Notes: generated by a model not told the origin, from the letters alone. 64,000 nt of DNA from an uncultured virus (IMG/VR IMGVR_UViG_3300024308_000303) (IMGVR_UViG_3300024308_000303); one strand, 5' to 3'; positions 10,066 through 19,679 are shown, counted from the first letter of the stretch. Translations and numbers: made by a program.

Positions 10066-10806
10066 TTAATCAAAATATTGAACATAAGCCAATTTAAGCT
10101 CGACAGAACCAATTCCATAGGCAGTTTCAATAGCTTCAACAGATTGTTTGTAATAATCAGTGTTTCTATAAGTGTCAATGAACCTATTAAAAATTGTGTG
10201 ATTCAAAAAACTGAATTTTTCAATCATCATATCATTCAGATCTTTGAAATAGGTAATAATTTCTTCTGATGATAACACACCGTAAGGATTGTCATCAATT
10301 TTATCTGCTAACTTATGACCACAATGCTGGCAATAACTATAGCTAATATTAGTACGATTAGAATGATTGTCACATAGTTTGTTATGACATACTTTACTCA
10401 ACATACGTTTATTAATAATACCAAATTCAAATTTTTCATGGTAAATATCAGGAACATAAACAACTTCTGAATCAGTATCAAAAGGTGCCAAGTCAGATTT
10501 AAAAATATTAAATTTATAATTACTAATATGCTTGTTATACTCAGAAAAAGATTTTTGATATTTTGCTGGTGTTATTTCAACTTGTTTATCCATCCTAAAA
10601 TAACCAATCTTTGTACCACAGTCAGTGCAAAAAAGATCATCGTCAACTTCGACGGAAAGCTTATCACCATAAGAAGCACATTTTTGATTAGAGCATCCCT
10701 TTGCATCTTTAGATAGGGTAATAAAATCAGCTTTCCTTTTATGAACATGTAAAACTGGACCAATGTAATAGGTCATATACTTCAAATCTTTTCTATTCAT
10801 ATACAT
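10066..10806 (-). CDS. Double zinc-ribbon protein (paralog of 10825-11565)
   Basis: Two CxNxxC...CxxCG units; shares YIGPV and AYVQY with its neighbour. Confidence 0.8.
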   Translation of the reverse strand: MYMNRKDLKYMTYYIGPVLHVHKRKADFITLSKDAKGCSNQKCASYGDKLSVEVDDDLFCTDCGTKIGYFRMDKQVEITPAKYQKSFSEYNKHISNYKFNIFKSDLAPFDTDSEVVYVPDIYHEKFEFGIINKRMLSKVCHNKLCDNHSNRTNISYSYCQHCGHKLADKIDDNPYGVLSSEEIITYFKDLNDMMIEKFSFLNHTIFNRFIDTYRNTDYYKQSVEAIETAYGIGSVELKLAYVQYFD

Positions 10807-10824
10807 AAATAAAATCCTTAATAT

Positions 10825-11565
10825 TTAGTAATTATCATGATACTGAACAAAAGCGGTCAGTAAGGTTACTGAATTTTCACCATAAAGATCTTCAAGAATT
10901 TTTACTACTCGATGATAATCCTCTGTTTCTTTATATTTTTTGATAACATCATCAAAAATAGGATTTTCAAATAGAACAAAATAATCAGTATTTGATTTAT
11001 TAACATAAGTATTCAAGATTTCTTTAGTAATTTTCTTTTCAAAAATACTGGTGGTTTCTGCTTCCCAATCAGATTTTAATTTACCACCACATTCAACACA
11101 ATAATCATAAGAACCATTAGTACATTCATCATAATCATTGCATTTTTTATTTTTACAATATTTCCCTAATGAAACAGAACTGTAGATAGCAAAATCAGAT
11201 TTATCTTCAACAAAAGGAAGATACAAGAATTCATCAGATGATAATAATGGTTCTACCAAATACATAGATATCCCATTAAAGTAATCATTTGAAATGGTAA
11301 TCATATTATTTGCAAACCAATCGTCTGAAATGCTTGGATAAACTTCAACCTTTTTTTCAATTGAGCAATATTTAACTTTACTACCACATTTAGGGCAATA
11401 GTTATAAAAACCAAGTTGAAGAGTATCATCACCATGATTACAACATGATGGATTAGAGCAAGTTTCACGTTTAATATCTCTAGCTGCAAATGTTATTTTT
11501 TTCTTTTTAAGAAAAAAAACCGGGCCAACATAATTATTAATATATTGTAAATTGCGGTTAGACAT
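10825..11565 (-). CDS. Double zinc-ribbon protein
   Basis: CSNPSC...CPKCG and CKNKKC...CVECG; start refined to MSNRN after AGGAG (the longer track start runs into the tRNA-like RNA). Confidence 0.8.
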   Translation of the reverse strand: MSNRNLQYINNYVGPVFFLKKKKITFAARDIKRETCSNPSCCNHGDDTLQLGFYNYCPKCGSKVKYCSIEKKVEVYPSISDDWFANNMITISNDYFNGISMYLVEPLLSSDEFLYLPFVEDKSDFAIYSSVSLGKYCKNKKCNDYDECTNGSYDYCVECGGKLKSDWEAETTSIFEKKITKEILNTYVNKSNTDYFVLFENPIFDDVIKKYKETEDYHRVVKILEDLYGENSVTLLTAFVQYHDNY

Positions 11566-11589
11566 GTAAAACAAGCTCCTATAATATGT

Positions 11590-11692
11590 TTGGAATGAGC
11601 AGATTCGAACTGCCACTAACTATCAGCACACAAGAGTGATGATTTAAGATACGAGGATCTCCCCGCTATTCTCCCAATTAAAATACATTCCA
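11590..11692 (-). ncRNA. tRNA-like RNA with non-canonical anticodon/variable region
   Basis: Acceptor stem TGGAATG/CATTCCA; D-loop-like AATTGGGA; T-arm GGCAG-TTCGAAT-CTGCT; no 7-nt anticodon loop; no encoded CCA. Confidence 0.72.
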
Positions 11693-11699
11693 AGCTTTA

Positions 11700-11728
11700 A
11701 TAATATCAAATAATAGGTTAGCTGTCAA
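11700..11728 (-). promoter_or_regulatory. sigma70-like promoter for the tRNA-like RNA
   Basis: TTGACA-17 bp-TATTAT with extended TG, ending 7 nt upstream of the acceptor stem. Confidence 0.8.
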
Positions 11729-11761
11729 ACAAAAAACTCCTTTGGAAAGGAGTTTAGTAAA

Positions 11762-12070
11762 TTAAATATTCAAGATTTCTTTTTTGAATTCTGCTGACGG
11801 TTCAATATTATGTTCAACAATATAATGCATCAAGCCTTCTGGCCATTTCCAGTTTTTATGGCTATATTCGCCACTACCATTACAGGTTTTGCAACAACGA
11901 CAACTTGAAATACCTTTATAATGTACTTTTCTTGCTCGTTCCTCAACACTACGCAGTTTTTTAACCACAACATCTTTATCTGCAAATGGAACTTTTGATT
12001 CGACAGGAATTGGATATTCTGGTGACTGTTGTGACCACCAATAGCCTTCAATCTTTTCTTTAGATGACAT
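11762..12070 (-). CDS. Hypothetical Cys/His-rich phage-type protein
   Basis: YKGISSCRCC..NGSGEY..WPEGLMHYIVEH; AGGAG RBS. Confidence 0.8.
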   Translation of the reverse strand: MSSKEKIEGYWWSQQSPEYPIPVESKVPFADKDVVVKKLRSVEERARKVHYKGISSCRCCKTCNGSGEYSHKNWKWPEGLMHYIVEHNIEPSAEFKKEILNI

Positions 12071-12512
12071 AGTTATCTCCTAGTTGTTTTCTTAATGGAT
12101 AAATCGTAAATTCTGGGTTTAGCTTTGCTTCATGTCTTTCTGGATTGCGAATAAATGTGCGTAGAGTAAAAATACCGCGATCACGATCACAACTAACTTG
12201 AATATGATGGATTTGGTCGGTAAAGCACATACGGATGCCACCAGTATGTTCTGCATGCATGAAATAGAAGATTTCACACAAGTTACGCTCAAAAGTTGAT
12301 TTAACAATTTTCTTGATATACTCAGGATCAGCATTACGATCCATCAAACGATCAAGAAAGTGATCAGTAACTTGTACACGAATTTGTTTATCCGCTGGTA
12401 ATTTTGATTTAAGCGAATCATTTAACCCTTTCATGAATTCGCCAAAATCCATACGAGCATGAGAACGATTTCTATAACGTAACTGATAAAGTGGTTTAAT
12501 TTTCTCTTTCAT
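12060..12512 (-). CDS. Hypothetical protein, possible RelE/DUF4258-like RNase fold
   Basis: VTDHFLDRLMDR resembles the H-x-x-[DE]-R-x-x-x-R helix of such folds; C-terminal LRTF strand. The fold call is weak. Confidence 0.6.
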   Translation of the reverse strand: MKEKIKPLYQLRYRNRSHARMDFGEFMKGLNDSLKSKLPADKQIRVQVTDHFLDRLMDRNADPEYIKKIVKSTFERNLCEIFYFMHAEHTGGIRMCFTDQIHHIQVSCDRDRGIFTLRTFIRNPERHEAKLNPEFTIYPLRKQLGDNYVI

Positions 12513-12874
12513 TTATTGAAAATCCCCATCATTTCAAGCTCAATAATGCCAAAAGTATAGTCTTCACCATTTACAATGAAGGTATAATGTGCCAAATGGT
12601 TAACAGTATATTCATTGTTATAGTACATTTTTTTGATAATCGGGTTGATAGTTGGCCGTTGCTTCTCCACACCAATATCTACTACTTTATCATCATTGTA
12701 TTTCAGCTTTGATTTTTTAGATTTAATATCAATGCCAAAAAGAATTTTCAAAAAATCAATAAAAGTAGGTCTATAAGCAGTTTTTTTAGCTTCATTCTTC
12801 AAGCTCAACTCATTAGCTGCTGACAATTTCTCATTCGTTTCATTAGAGTTTGGAAATTTAACCACATTCTTCAT
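12509..12874 (-). CDS. Hypothetical protein
   Basis: GAGG RBS; own TGGTATAAT promoter. Confidence 0.7.
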   Translation of the reverse strand: MKNVVKFPNSNETNEKLSAANELSLKNEAKKTAYRPTFIDFLKILFGIDIKSKKSKLKYNDDKVVDIGVEKQRPTINPIIKKMYYNNEYTVNHLAHYTFIVNGEDYTFGIIELEMMGIFNK

Positions 12875-12934
12875 TGTTGATTCCTCAATGATTTATGGCT
12901 CAATTATACCATGTTGAAGACTCTATGCCTAGTC

Positions 12935-13822
12935 TTAAATGTCCATCGCATTCTGCAGTAGCCTGATATTTTCATTAAATTTTTGAATATAATCACAAGT
13001 AAACTCTTTTTTAAAATCCAAAGGTTCAAATGGAGTTAAATCAGTCTTGAAAGGCAAAAAGAAATCATTAAAAATGAATGTTTGATTTTTAAAAAGCTCT
13101 TCATATTCTCCCATACTGTTAGCCATTGATGGGATACTATACAAATATTGTCTATCTTGTATAAGTTTTTTGTCATAGAATAAGCGTATAATCATAACAG
13201 TTTTAAATGAAGTTTGAGCAACATCAATTTCAACAATAGGTGCATTTAAAGGAACCATAGATATCTCCAGTTCAAACAAATTAGAATCATTAAATAGACA
13301 CCATTCAAAAACAGATCTAGAAAAACATGAATAATCAATTGCAAACATAGGTTTAAAGTTGTTATCAAAAACTTTACATGCACTGCTATTAAAATTATTA
13401 AAAGATTGATTTAATATTGAGTGAATATCTGACTGAAGCTTTGAATAGTGACAATCAGAGATTCTTAACCAATTTTTATCAAAAATATCAATGACTGTTA
13501 TATATTCATAAATTTGGCATTTCTCAGCCTTCACTATAACAAATGTAGAATCAACAGAATAAACATTGGTTTTTTGTATTTCCAATATATAGAAAGGAAG
13601 CGATTTAATTAATTCATCAAAATAATCTTGACCGCCTATTTGTTTAGCCCCAGTATAAAAATTGCGTTTTATCCTTTCTTCTTGATGCCCCAACAATTGC
13701 ATAACTATTTTATCATGCATTAGAAAATTAGCATGATCAAATGTATGAATATAACAGGTATCAAATATATTGTTTTTTTGACTGCGTAAGTTATCGATAA
13801 AGCTTTCAATTATAATTGTCAT
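12935..13822 (-). CDS. Tandem paralog family A, member 4
   Basis: C-terminal PFKTDLTPFEPLDFKKEFTCDYIQKFNENI...NAMDI. Confidence 0.85.
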   Translation of the reverse strand: MTIIIESFIDNLRSQKNNIFDTCYIHTFDHANFLMHDKIVMQLLGHQEERIKRNFYTGAKQIGGQDYFDELIKSLPFYILEIQKTNVYSVDSTFVIVKAEKCQIYEYITVIDIFDKNWLRISDCHYSKLQSDIHSILNQSFNNFNSSACKVFDNNFKPMFAIDYSCFSRSVFEWCLFNDSNLFELEISMVPLNAPIVEIDVAQTSFKTVMIIRLFYDKKLIQDRQYLYSIPSMANSMGEYEELFKNQTFIFNDFFLPFKTDLTPFEPLDFKKEFTCDYIQKFNENIRLLQNAMDI

Positions 13823-14655
13823 TAGATATCTTCCATTTCTTTTAAGTTTCGAATGTATTTTTCAAAGTTTTTTATATATTTTTTAGTTGTTGCCTTTTTG
13901 AAGTTCAAAGGCTCGTAAAGAGATAAATCAGTTGTGAATGGTGCTAAAAAGTCTATAATGAACTTATTCAAATACTGATTATAATTAACACCTTTTTTAA
14001 TAGTCTCATAAGGCTCTATTTGTGAACTAAATTCATAGAAAAGAAAACCATTTTCATACATTCTAAGAACAAGATGTAAATCAGATAACGCTAAAGGATG
14101 TTGCATTCCAATATTCTTGTCTAATAGAGAATATTCAAACTCAATCATAGAGTATTTGGATGTACCAAAAAAATCATCTTGGTTATGAAGATGAGCAATA
14201 TTTCTATTAAAAATTTTAAACTCTTTATTAAATGCACAATTATATTTATAACATTCACCAAGAACAGACTTTGGTACATGATTAGAAATATTAAAAGGAG
14301 TATTTAAATGTGAAGAAGAAGTCTTGATACTACCAATTAAATCAGAACTTATATATAAAATAGATATAAAATCACTATTGATTTGTTGAAAAATTATATA
14401 TGACTTTACTTTGTTAAGAAAAAAATCTTTTTCAACTTCAATTATATAAAATGGTAATAATGTTTTTAATCTCATTAAAACCTCATTGACATTATCCTCG
14501 ATTTTAGAATAATTATGAAAAGAAACTTTATCTGCAACATAATATAAATAATTAATATTATTGTTCATATTGTCAAAATCAATAAGTTTCAATGTGTATT
14601 TATTGTAATTAAAGGTTTTACATAAATAATCACCAAAAAAATTAACAAGTTCCAT
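13822..14655 (-). CDS. Tandem paralog family A, member 3
   Basis: PFTTDLSLYEPLNFKKATTKKYIKNF...EMEDI; start refined after GAGG. Confidence 0.85.
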   Translation of the reverse strand: MELVNFFGDYLCKTFNYNKYTLKLIDFDNMNNNINYLYYVADKVSFHNYSKIEDNVNEVLMRLKTLLPFYIIEVEKDFFLNKVKSYIIFQQINSDFISILYISSDLIGSIKTSSSHLNTPFNISNHVPKSVLGECYKYNCAFNKEFKIFNRNIAHLHNQDDFFGTSKYSMIEFEYSLLDKNIGMQHPLALSDLHLVLRMYENGFLFYEFSSQIEPYETIKKGVNYNQYLNKFIIDFLAPFTTDLSLYEPLNFKKATTKKYIKNFEKYIRNLKEMEDI

Positions 14656-14665
14656 AATGTTACCT

Positions 14666-15502
14666 CTAATAATCACGCATGGCTTGTATGCCAGCAATAT
14701 GGGTATTAAAATTATTAATGTAATCTAATGTAAGTTCTTTTTCAAAATTTAAAGGCATATATTCTGAGAGGTCTGTCCTAAATGGTTCAAATAATTTAAA
14801 ATACATATTATTAAATTTTATAGTGTACTCTTCATCTTTAGTGAATTCAAAATCAAAATCAAATGATTGAGAACCCAATAATACTTTATTTGAATACAAA
14901 TTAACAATAATTCTAAAATCTTCAATCATAGTGTCATTACAATCTTCTGAAACATGGTCATATTTTAATACAATAGTTTCTAATTCAACAAAACCTGAAA
15001 TGTCCTTACCAAAATCTTCATTTTTATTATGTAGAATAACTGAATGTTTAAAATGAAATCCATAATCTGTATTATGATGAATACCATTCTCATGATATTT
15101 TACAATAAATCCGTAATTCAAAGCAGTTATAACTGAGCCTACAAAAAATCTAATTTTTAAGTCGTCAAATTCTCGCAATAAAACATCAATATCACTCAAA
15201 GAATTAGATGCACCATAACATCTAATATCACCAACTGATTCATCAGCACAAACAATATAGTCAGTAACAGCAACAGATTTAAATTTTTTAATACATTCTA
15301 TAACAAAGCAATCAACTTTACTTGCAATATAATCCAATTTAAGAGCATAATCAGAATGTTTATTTAAATTTATATAATGTTGAACTTTGTTAATGTAATT
15401 AACATGAGTAGAATAATCATCAGCCTTCAACTGTTTAATATTGAAAGAGTCATAACCATAATTACTTAGTATAAAATTTGCGAATTCTATAGCTTTATCC
15501 AT
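14666..15502 (-). CDS. Tandem paralog family A, member 2
   Basis: PFRTDLSEYMPLNFEKELTLDYINNF...AMRDY. Confidence 0.85.
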   Translation of the reverse strand: MDKAIEFANFILSNYGYDSFNIKQLKADDYSTHVNYINKVQHYINLNKHSDYALKLDYIASKVDCFVIECIKKFKSVAVTDYIVCADESVGDIRCYGASNSLSDIDVLLREFDDLKIRFFVGSVITALNYGFIVKYHENGIHHNTDYGFHFKHSVILHNKNEDFGKDISGFVELETIVLKYDHVSEDCNDTMIEDFRIIVNLYSNKVLLGSQSFDFDFEFTKDEEYTIKFNNMYFKLFEPFRTDLSEYMPLNFEKELTLDYINNFNTHIAGIQAMRDY

Positions 15503-16299
15503 TATATATCCCTCATAGATTGAATACAGGAAATATTTTTATTAAAGTTATCAATATATTCAAGTGTTAACTCTTTTTTAAATTGTAAAGGTTGATATTC
15601 GTCTAGCTCTGTAGTGTAGGGTTTCAAAACTTCATATGCATTTTGTTTAAATGTATCTCCGTCATCAACATTGTTGGTAAAGCGATGCTCATTCAATAAA
15701 ACTCCTTCATAATAGAGTTGAGCAATAGAATCTATTTGGTCATTTTCAGAAGAACGTTTTCTTAATATTTGAAAATAAGCAGAAGAATTATTAGGATCAC
15801 CAAAGAATCCTTTCTTACAAGATATTTGAATCAATGTACGATGAAAATAACAATTATCAGAATAATCGTGATAATAGACGAATTGTTCTGTTTGCAAGGC
15901 TATATGTGAACGGAGATTAAACTTTCTTGTAAATAGAGGATCATGTATTCTTAGTTTTGAAACGTCATCTAATATAGAACTTGTAGTAACAAACAATACC
16001 TGAATAAAATCTAAAGGTAATTTTTTAACAATGGCATAATGACATAAACCAGAAATGTTATGGTCGTCATCAAAAGAAACAATAGAAACTGGATAATAAG
16101 TCTCAATCAGAGAAATAATATAGTCAGACTTTAAATTTTTAAAATCATCCCTAAGACTGTATTGTTTCTTTGAATTAACTATTTTTGAAGAAATACCGTT
16201 TAATTTATCAATATTTGAATCATCAATATCCATGATTGATGATTTATTAAATCCTAAGTTATTCAATACATTCTGTATATAGTTGTCAATTGTTTCCAT
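15502..16299 (-). CDS. Tandem paralog family A, member 1
   Basis: PYTTELDEYQPLQFKKELTLEYIDNF...SMRDI. Confidence 0.85.
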   Translation of the reverse strand: METIDNYIQNVLNNLGFNKSSIMDIDDSNIDKLNGISSKIVNSKKQYSLRDDFKNLKSDYIISLIETYYPVSIVSFDDDHNISGLCHYAIVKKLPLDFIQVLFVTTSSILDDVSKLRIHDPLFTRKFNLRSHIALQTEQFVYYHDYSDNCYFHRTLIQISCKKGFFGDPNNSSAYFQILRKRSSENDQIDSIAQLYYEGVLLNEHRFTNNVDDGDTFKQNAYEVLKPYTTELDEYQPLQFKKELTLEYIDNFNKNISCIQSMRDI

Positions 16300-16301
16300 A
16301 A

Positions 16302-16574
16302 TTAATCCTTGATTTGATGATAGAATTTTGAAATATGGAAATACTTGCGTATCAAATACAGTTTTTCAAAGTATAATTCGCTGGCTAAACCACCTCTATG
16401 CTCTCTATAGTTACAATGAGAGCATTCAAAAAGAGAAACTGCTTGACCACTACATTCTTGACCAACTAAATGATTCATTGAATGATTGCATTCTGGACAA
16501 GGTTCTTTCTCTTCTTGTGTTTTAGGTAATGCCTTAAACAAATCTTTTAATGAATATTGCATGGATATCTCCAT
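16302..16574 (-). CDS. Small zinc-ribbon protein
   Basis: CPEC...CSHC; the start may be the second Met. Confidence 0.7.
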   Translation of the reverse strand: MEISMQYSLKDLFKALPKTQEEKEPCPECNHSMNHLVGQECSGQAVSLFECSHCNYREHRGGLASELYFEKLYLIRKYFHISKFYHQIKD

Positions 16575-16678
16575 ATTAGAGTTCGGTCATACATAATATC
16601 ATTAAAAATAGAATAAGACAAGAAAAAAGTGACAATTAACGTCACTAATAGATGATAATAAGAAAAGTCCCGAAGGAC

Positions 16679-18076
16679 TTATTTTGAAGCAGTAATCGTA
16701 TTTTCTTTGAAATTAACACTAAGATGTAAACCTTCTTTAAACAAACTCATTGCATTATCAATTCTGATAAGCGGAAGCCCAAATTCACGACCAACAATGA
16801 CTAAGTGAGCCAACTTACCACCAACCTCAGTAATAACCAGACCTGCCTTTCGTGCTTGAAGCTCATATTCTGGGCCAGCATGTGGAATTACCAAAATATC
16901 ATTTTTAGTAATTTCTTTACTGTTTACAGTTACTACGGAACCTTCAAAAAAGTCCAATCCAGCAGAGTTAAGCGTTACAAATTCACCAAGCGGGAAGACT
17001 TCTTTTTGCAGTGCTGATACGATAAAACCAAGAATATGGTTTTCACGAGTCTTGTAATTATAAACAAGACCATCAAAATTAAAGCCAAGGGCCAGCCACA
17101 AATCAGTATGAAGCTGAGAATCGTCATTCATTTTAAGATCATGCGAAGACACTGGAACCCATTTTGCAGCCAATTTAGACAAAGAGGTCTTTGAAAGTGC
17201 ATAAGCTTGAGCCAATTCATAAGGATAATTAATCATCTCAACAGTTTCACCCATTGGAACTGCAATTTCTTTCCATTCTACACCACGTTCAAGAATAGCA
17301 CTCATAACCTTTTCACGATGATGATCAGAATAAGCTTGAACAGACTCAAAACCATAGTGTTCAGCAGTAGCACGAGCCGTTTCCATATTGATGCGGTCAA
17401 TCACATCAACCTCAAACGAAGTGTTGAACTCATCAGCAACACATTGATCAATGACTGCTTGAGTAGGCTCTACAAGTGGAATAGCATCTTCTTGCGGTGT
17501 AACATCTTGAAAACCACGCTGTACATAGACTTCTGGAAGATTTTTTTTAGCATAGAGTTTTGCATTAGCACTAAAATCATCTTTAGTCAGCCATACTGGC
17601 ATAGTATTTTTATCAATTTTACGAGCAATGATGCCACGATAACGACCAATAGTAGTAGACACATCAAAAATTGATTCATCAGTACCCAACATGTATTTAC
17701 GAACATAAGCATCACAAGCAGGGATAGCATAAGTCAGACCACGAACACGAATGTCTTCATCAATATCAGCCATTTCAACCAAACGTGCAAACTCATAAAT
17801 AGAGTTCATTTCATAAAACTTATCATCACAATAAATATCACGAACATCTGCCTGATATTCTTCATCAAGTTCTGCAACAAGAATGATATTTTCATTTTTT
17901 CCTTGAAGAATATGAGTCCCCTTCAGGATGCTATGTGCTACATCATAAGTCATACCATCAAAGGATTCAATCAGGAGTTGAAGGCCATCACGCCAATCAC
18001 CATCCAAAACCTTGCTACGAGCCAAGTTTGAATACTGAGTGCCATCAATCGAAAAAGAAACAGTCATAGTGGTCAT
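16679..18076 (-). CDS. Protein with C-terminal PEP-utilising enzyme mobile (swivel phosphohistidine) domain
   Basis: DILVIPHAGPEY...AGLVITEVGGKLAHLVIVGREFGLP matches the T-x-x-GG-x-x-[SA]-H...RE-x-G-x-P signature; start refined to MTTMT. Confidence 0.85.
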   Translation of the reverse strand: MTTMTVSFSIDGTQYSNLARSKVLDGDWRDGLQLLIESFDGMTYDVAHSILKGTHILQGKNENIILVAELDEEYQADVRDIYCDDKFYEMNSIYEFARLVEMADIDEDIRVRGLTYAIPACDAYVRKYMLGTDESIFDVSTTIGRYRGIIARKIDKNTMPVWLTKDDFSANAKLYAKKNLPEVYVQRGFQDVTPQEDAIPLVEPTQAVIDQCVADEFNTSFEVDVIDRINMETARATAEHYGFESVQAYSDHHREKVMSAILERGVEWKEIAVPMGETVEMINYPYELAQAYALSKTSLSKLAAKWVPVSSHDLKMNDDSQLHTDLWLALGFNFDGLVYNYKTRENHILGFIVSALQKEVFPLGEFVTLNSAGLDFFEGSVVTVNSKEITKNDILVIPHAGPEYELQARKAGLVITEVGGKLAHLVIVGREFGLPLIRIDNAMSLFKEGLHLSVNFKENTITASK

Positions 18077-18147
18077 TGAATAATCCTGATTGGTTAAGAT
18101 GGTGCCATTATAACACAATCACAATATTCAATCAACAAAAGGATTAT

Positions 18148-18300
18148 TCAAGATCTTTGTTTGAAACTGTTAACATAGTAACCGTCTGCCATTAAGCAGC
18201 GAATTTTGTCATATTCCTTTTCTTGCTGCTTGGCTTTTTCTACGGCTTTTTTAAGCCATAAACGTTTAATTTTAAAAAGGCAATAATCTAAAGCTGTCAT
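18148..18300 (-). CDS. Small hypothetical protein (50 aa, absent from ORF track)
   Basis: MTALDYCLFKIKRLWLKKAVEKAKQQEKEY...; begins immediately after the stop of 18302-18925. Confidence 0.5.
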   Translation of the reverse strand: MTALDYCLFKIKRLWLKKAVEKAKQQEKEYDKIRCLMADGYYVNSFKQRS

Positions 18301-18301
18301 A

Positions 18302-18925
18302 TTAATAATTCAACATGTCAATCAACACAATGTCATCTTGTGTCATTTTGGCCATAGACATTTTATTGTCTTCAAGATATTGAATGATTTCATAAATATT
18401 GTATTGTTTATTATCAATAAATACATCACCAAATCCAAAAGTAACAACACCAACATTACTTAGAATTTTCTGATTGCCAAAAAGTGCAACATGAATATCT
18501 AAGTTATCACTTCTCTTAAACAGTTTATAACAGTCATGCATACTAAAAAGCGTATAATCATAATTTGATAAACTTAAAGTAAAACAGAAATTAGGAACTG
18601 TGAAAAGAAATATAATCAAAAAACCCAAAGGAAAGACAGACGAAAGAAATAGCCAATATACCAAAGAAGTCACACCAAGAAAATAGTTAAACGGTGCCAA
18701 ATAATGATAATAGGTATTGTTACTTTTAGGCTTCAAGAAATACTCAGCCGATACAGCAAAGCCAAAACTACATACAGCCATTATAAACTGGGAAATAAAA
18801 GCTGGATCTTCTTTGTAATTAGTAACCCAATATAAGCTAACTAATGCTCCAATACCACTAAGCCTTGAAAAGAACTTAATGGATGGAATCACTTCAAACA
18901 TCTTTGATTTGATATTTAGTTGCAT
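18302..18925 (-). CDS. Membrane protein with C-terminal MxxY tag (paralog of 41947-42627)
   Basis: About 4 TM segments, then a soluble tail ending MTQDDIVLIDMLNY. Confidence 0.8.
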   Translation of the reverse strand: MQLNIKSKMFEVIPSIKFFSRLSGIGALVSLYWVTNYKEDPAFISQFIMAVCSFGFAVSAEYFLKPKSNNTYYHYLAPFNYFLGVTSLVYWLFLSSVFPLGFLIIFLFTVPNFCFTLSLSNYDYTLFSMHDCYKLFKRSDNLDIHVALFGNQKILSNVGVVTFGFGDVFIDNKQYNIYEIIQYLEDNKMSMAKMTQDDIVLIDMLNY

Positions 18926-18929
18926 ACTA

Positions 18930-19175
18930 TTAACTCTTAATCATGTTGTCATAAATTTTATAAAGAGTAGAAGACTCTTCACCCAACTTGTTATAATTAG
19001 CCTTTTCTTGAGCCAAAGTATCAGCCAGAACAGCTTTATCTTCTGTAGTGAGATTATAACCTTTCATCAGGATCAATTCAAGTTGCAATGCATTATTCTT
19101 CGCTTTACGAAAATAGTTAAGAATTTTAAGATAGTGACGTTTCATTGCCAAACTTTCTTTATTGAGTTCACTCAT
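18930..19175 (-). CDS. Hypothetical helical protein
   Basis: AAGGA RBS; in series with its neighbours. Confidence 0.7.
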   Translation of the reverse strand: MSELNKESLAMKRHYLKILNYFRKAKNNALQLELILMKGYNLTTEDKAVLADTLAQEKANYNKLGEESSTLYKIYDNMIKS

Positions 19176-19187
19176 TTCAATTATCCT

Positions 19188-19679
19188 TTAAGATTTGACT
19201 TTCAAAAATTCAGTTGAAGGATCAACAATGATTTTACTATTTTTAAAGCTGATGACAGTACGTTTTACACCTTTCTTGAAAGTAATCTTTTCCCACAGAT
19301 TACGTGGAAACATTCTGGTTTCAACAGAACAAACAACACCAAGAAAGTTAATGTCATTCAGTTGAAGCTCTTTTGAACGACTGGTAATTTTTGCAATAAA
19401 TTCGCCTTTACGCTGACCAATAGCATGGCCAACACGAACTTTTTCAGCAACAATTTCTCGAACCAAAATACTTTTTTGAATTTTTGATGTAGCTTTATAG
19501 ATACGCTTGTTTTCAACTTCAAATTTGGTAACAAGGCCATCATCGACCATTTGTTCAAGAATACGCATAGCTGGCTCATATACAGCAGTAACAGGCAAAC
19601 TATAAGAACCAGTTGTACGAATAGTACGGGTGATTTTTTCTTCGAGGTCTTCGAGTTCATGATTGTTTTGCATGGTCAA
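19188..19679 (-). CDS. Hypothetical protein
   Basis: AGGAGG RBS; TGCTATAAT promoter. Confidence 0.75.
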   Translation of the reverse strand: MTMQNNHELEDLEEKITRTIRTTGSYSLPVTAVYEPAMRILEQMVDDGLVTKFEVENKRIYKATSKIQKSILVREIVAEKVRVGHAIGQRKGEFIAKITSRSKELQLNDINFLGVVCSVETRMFPRNLWEKITFKKGVKRTVISFKNSKIIVDPSTEFLKVKS

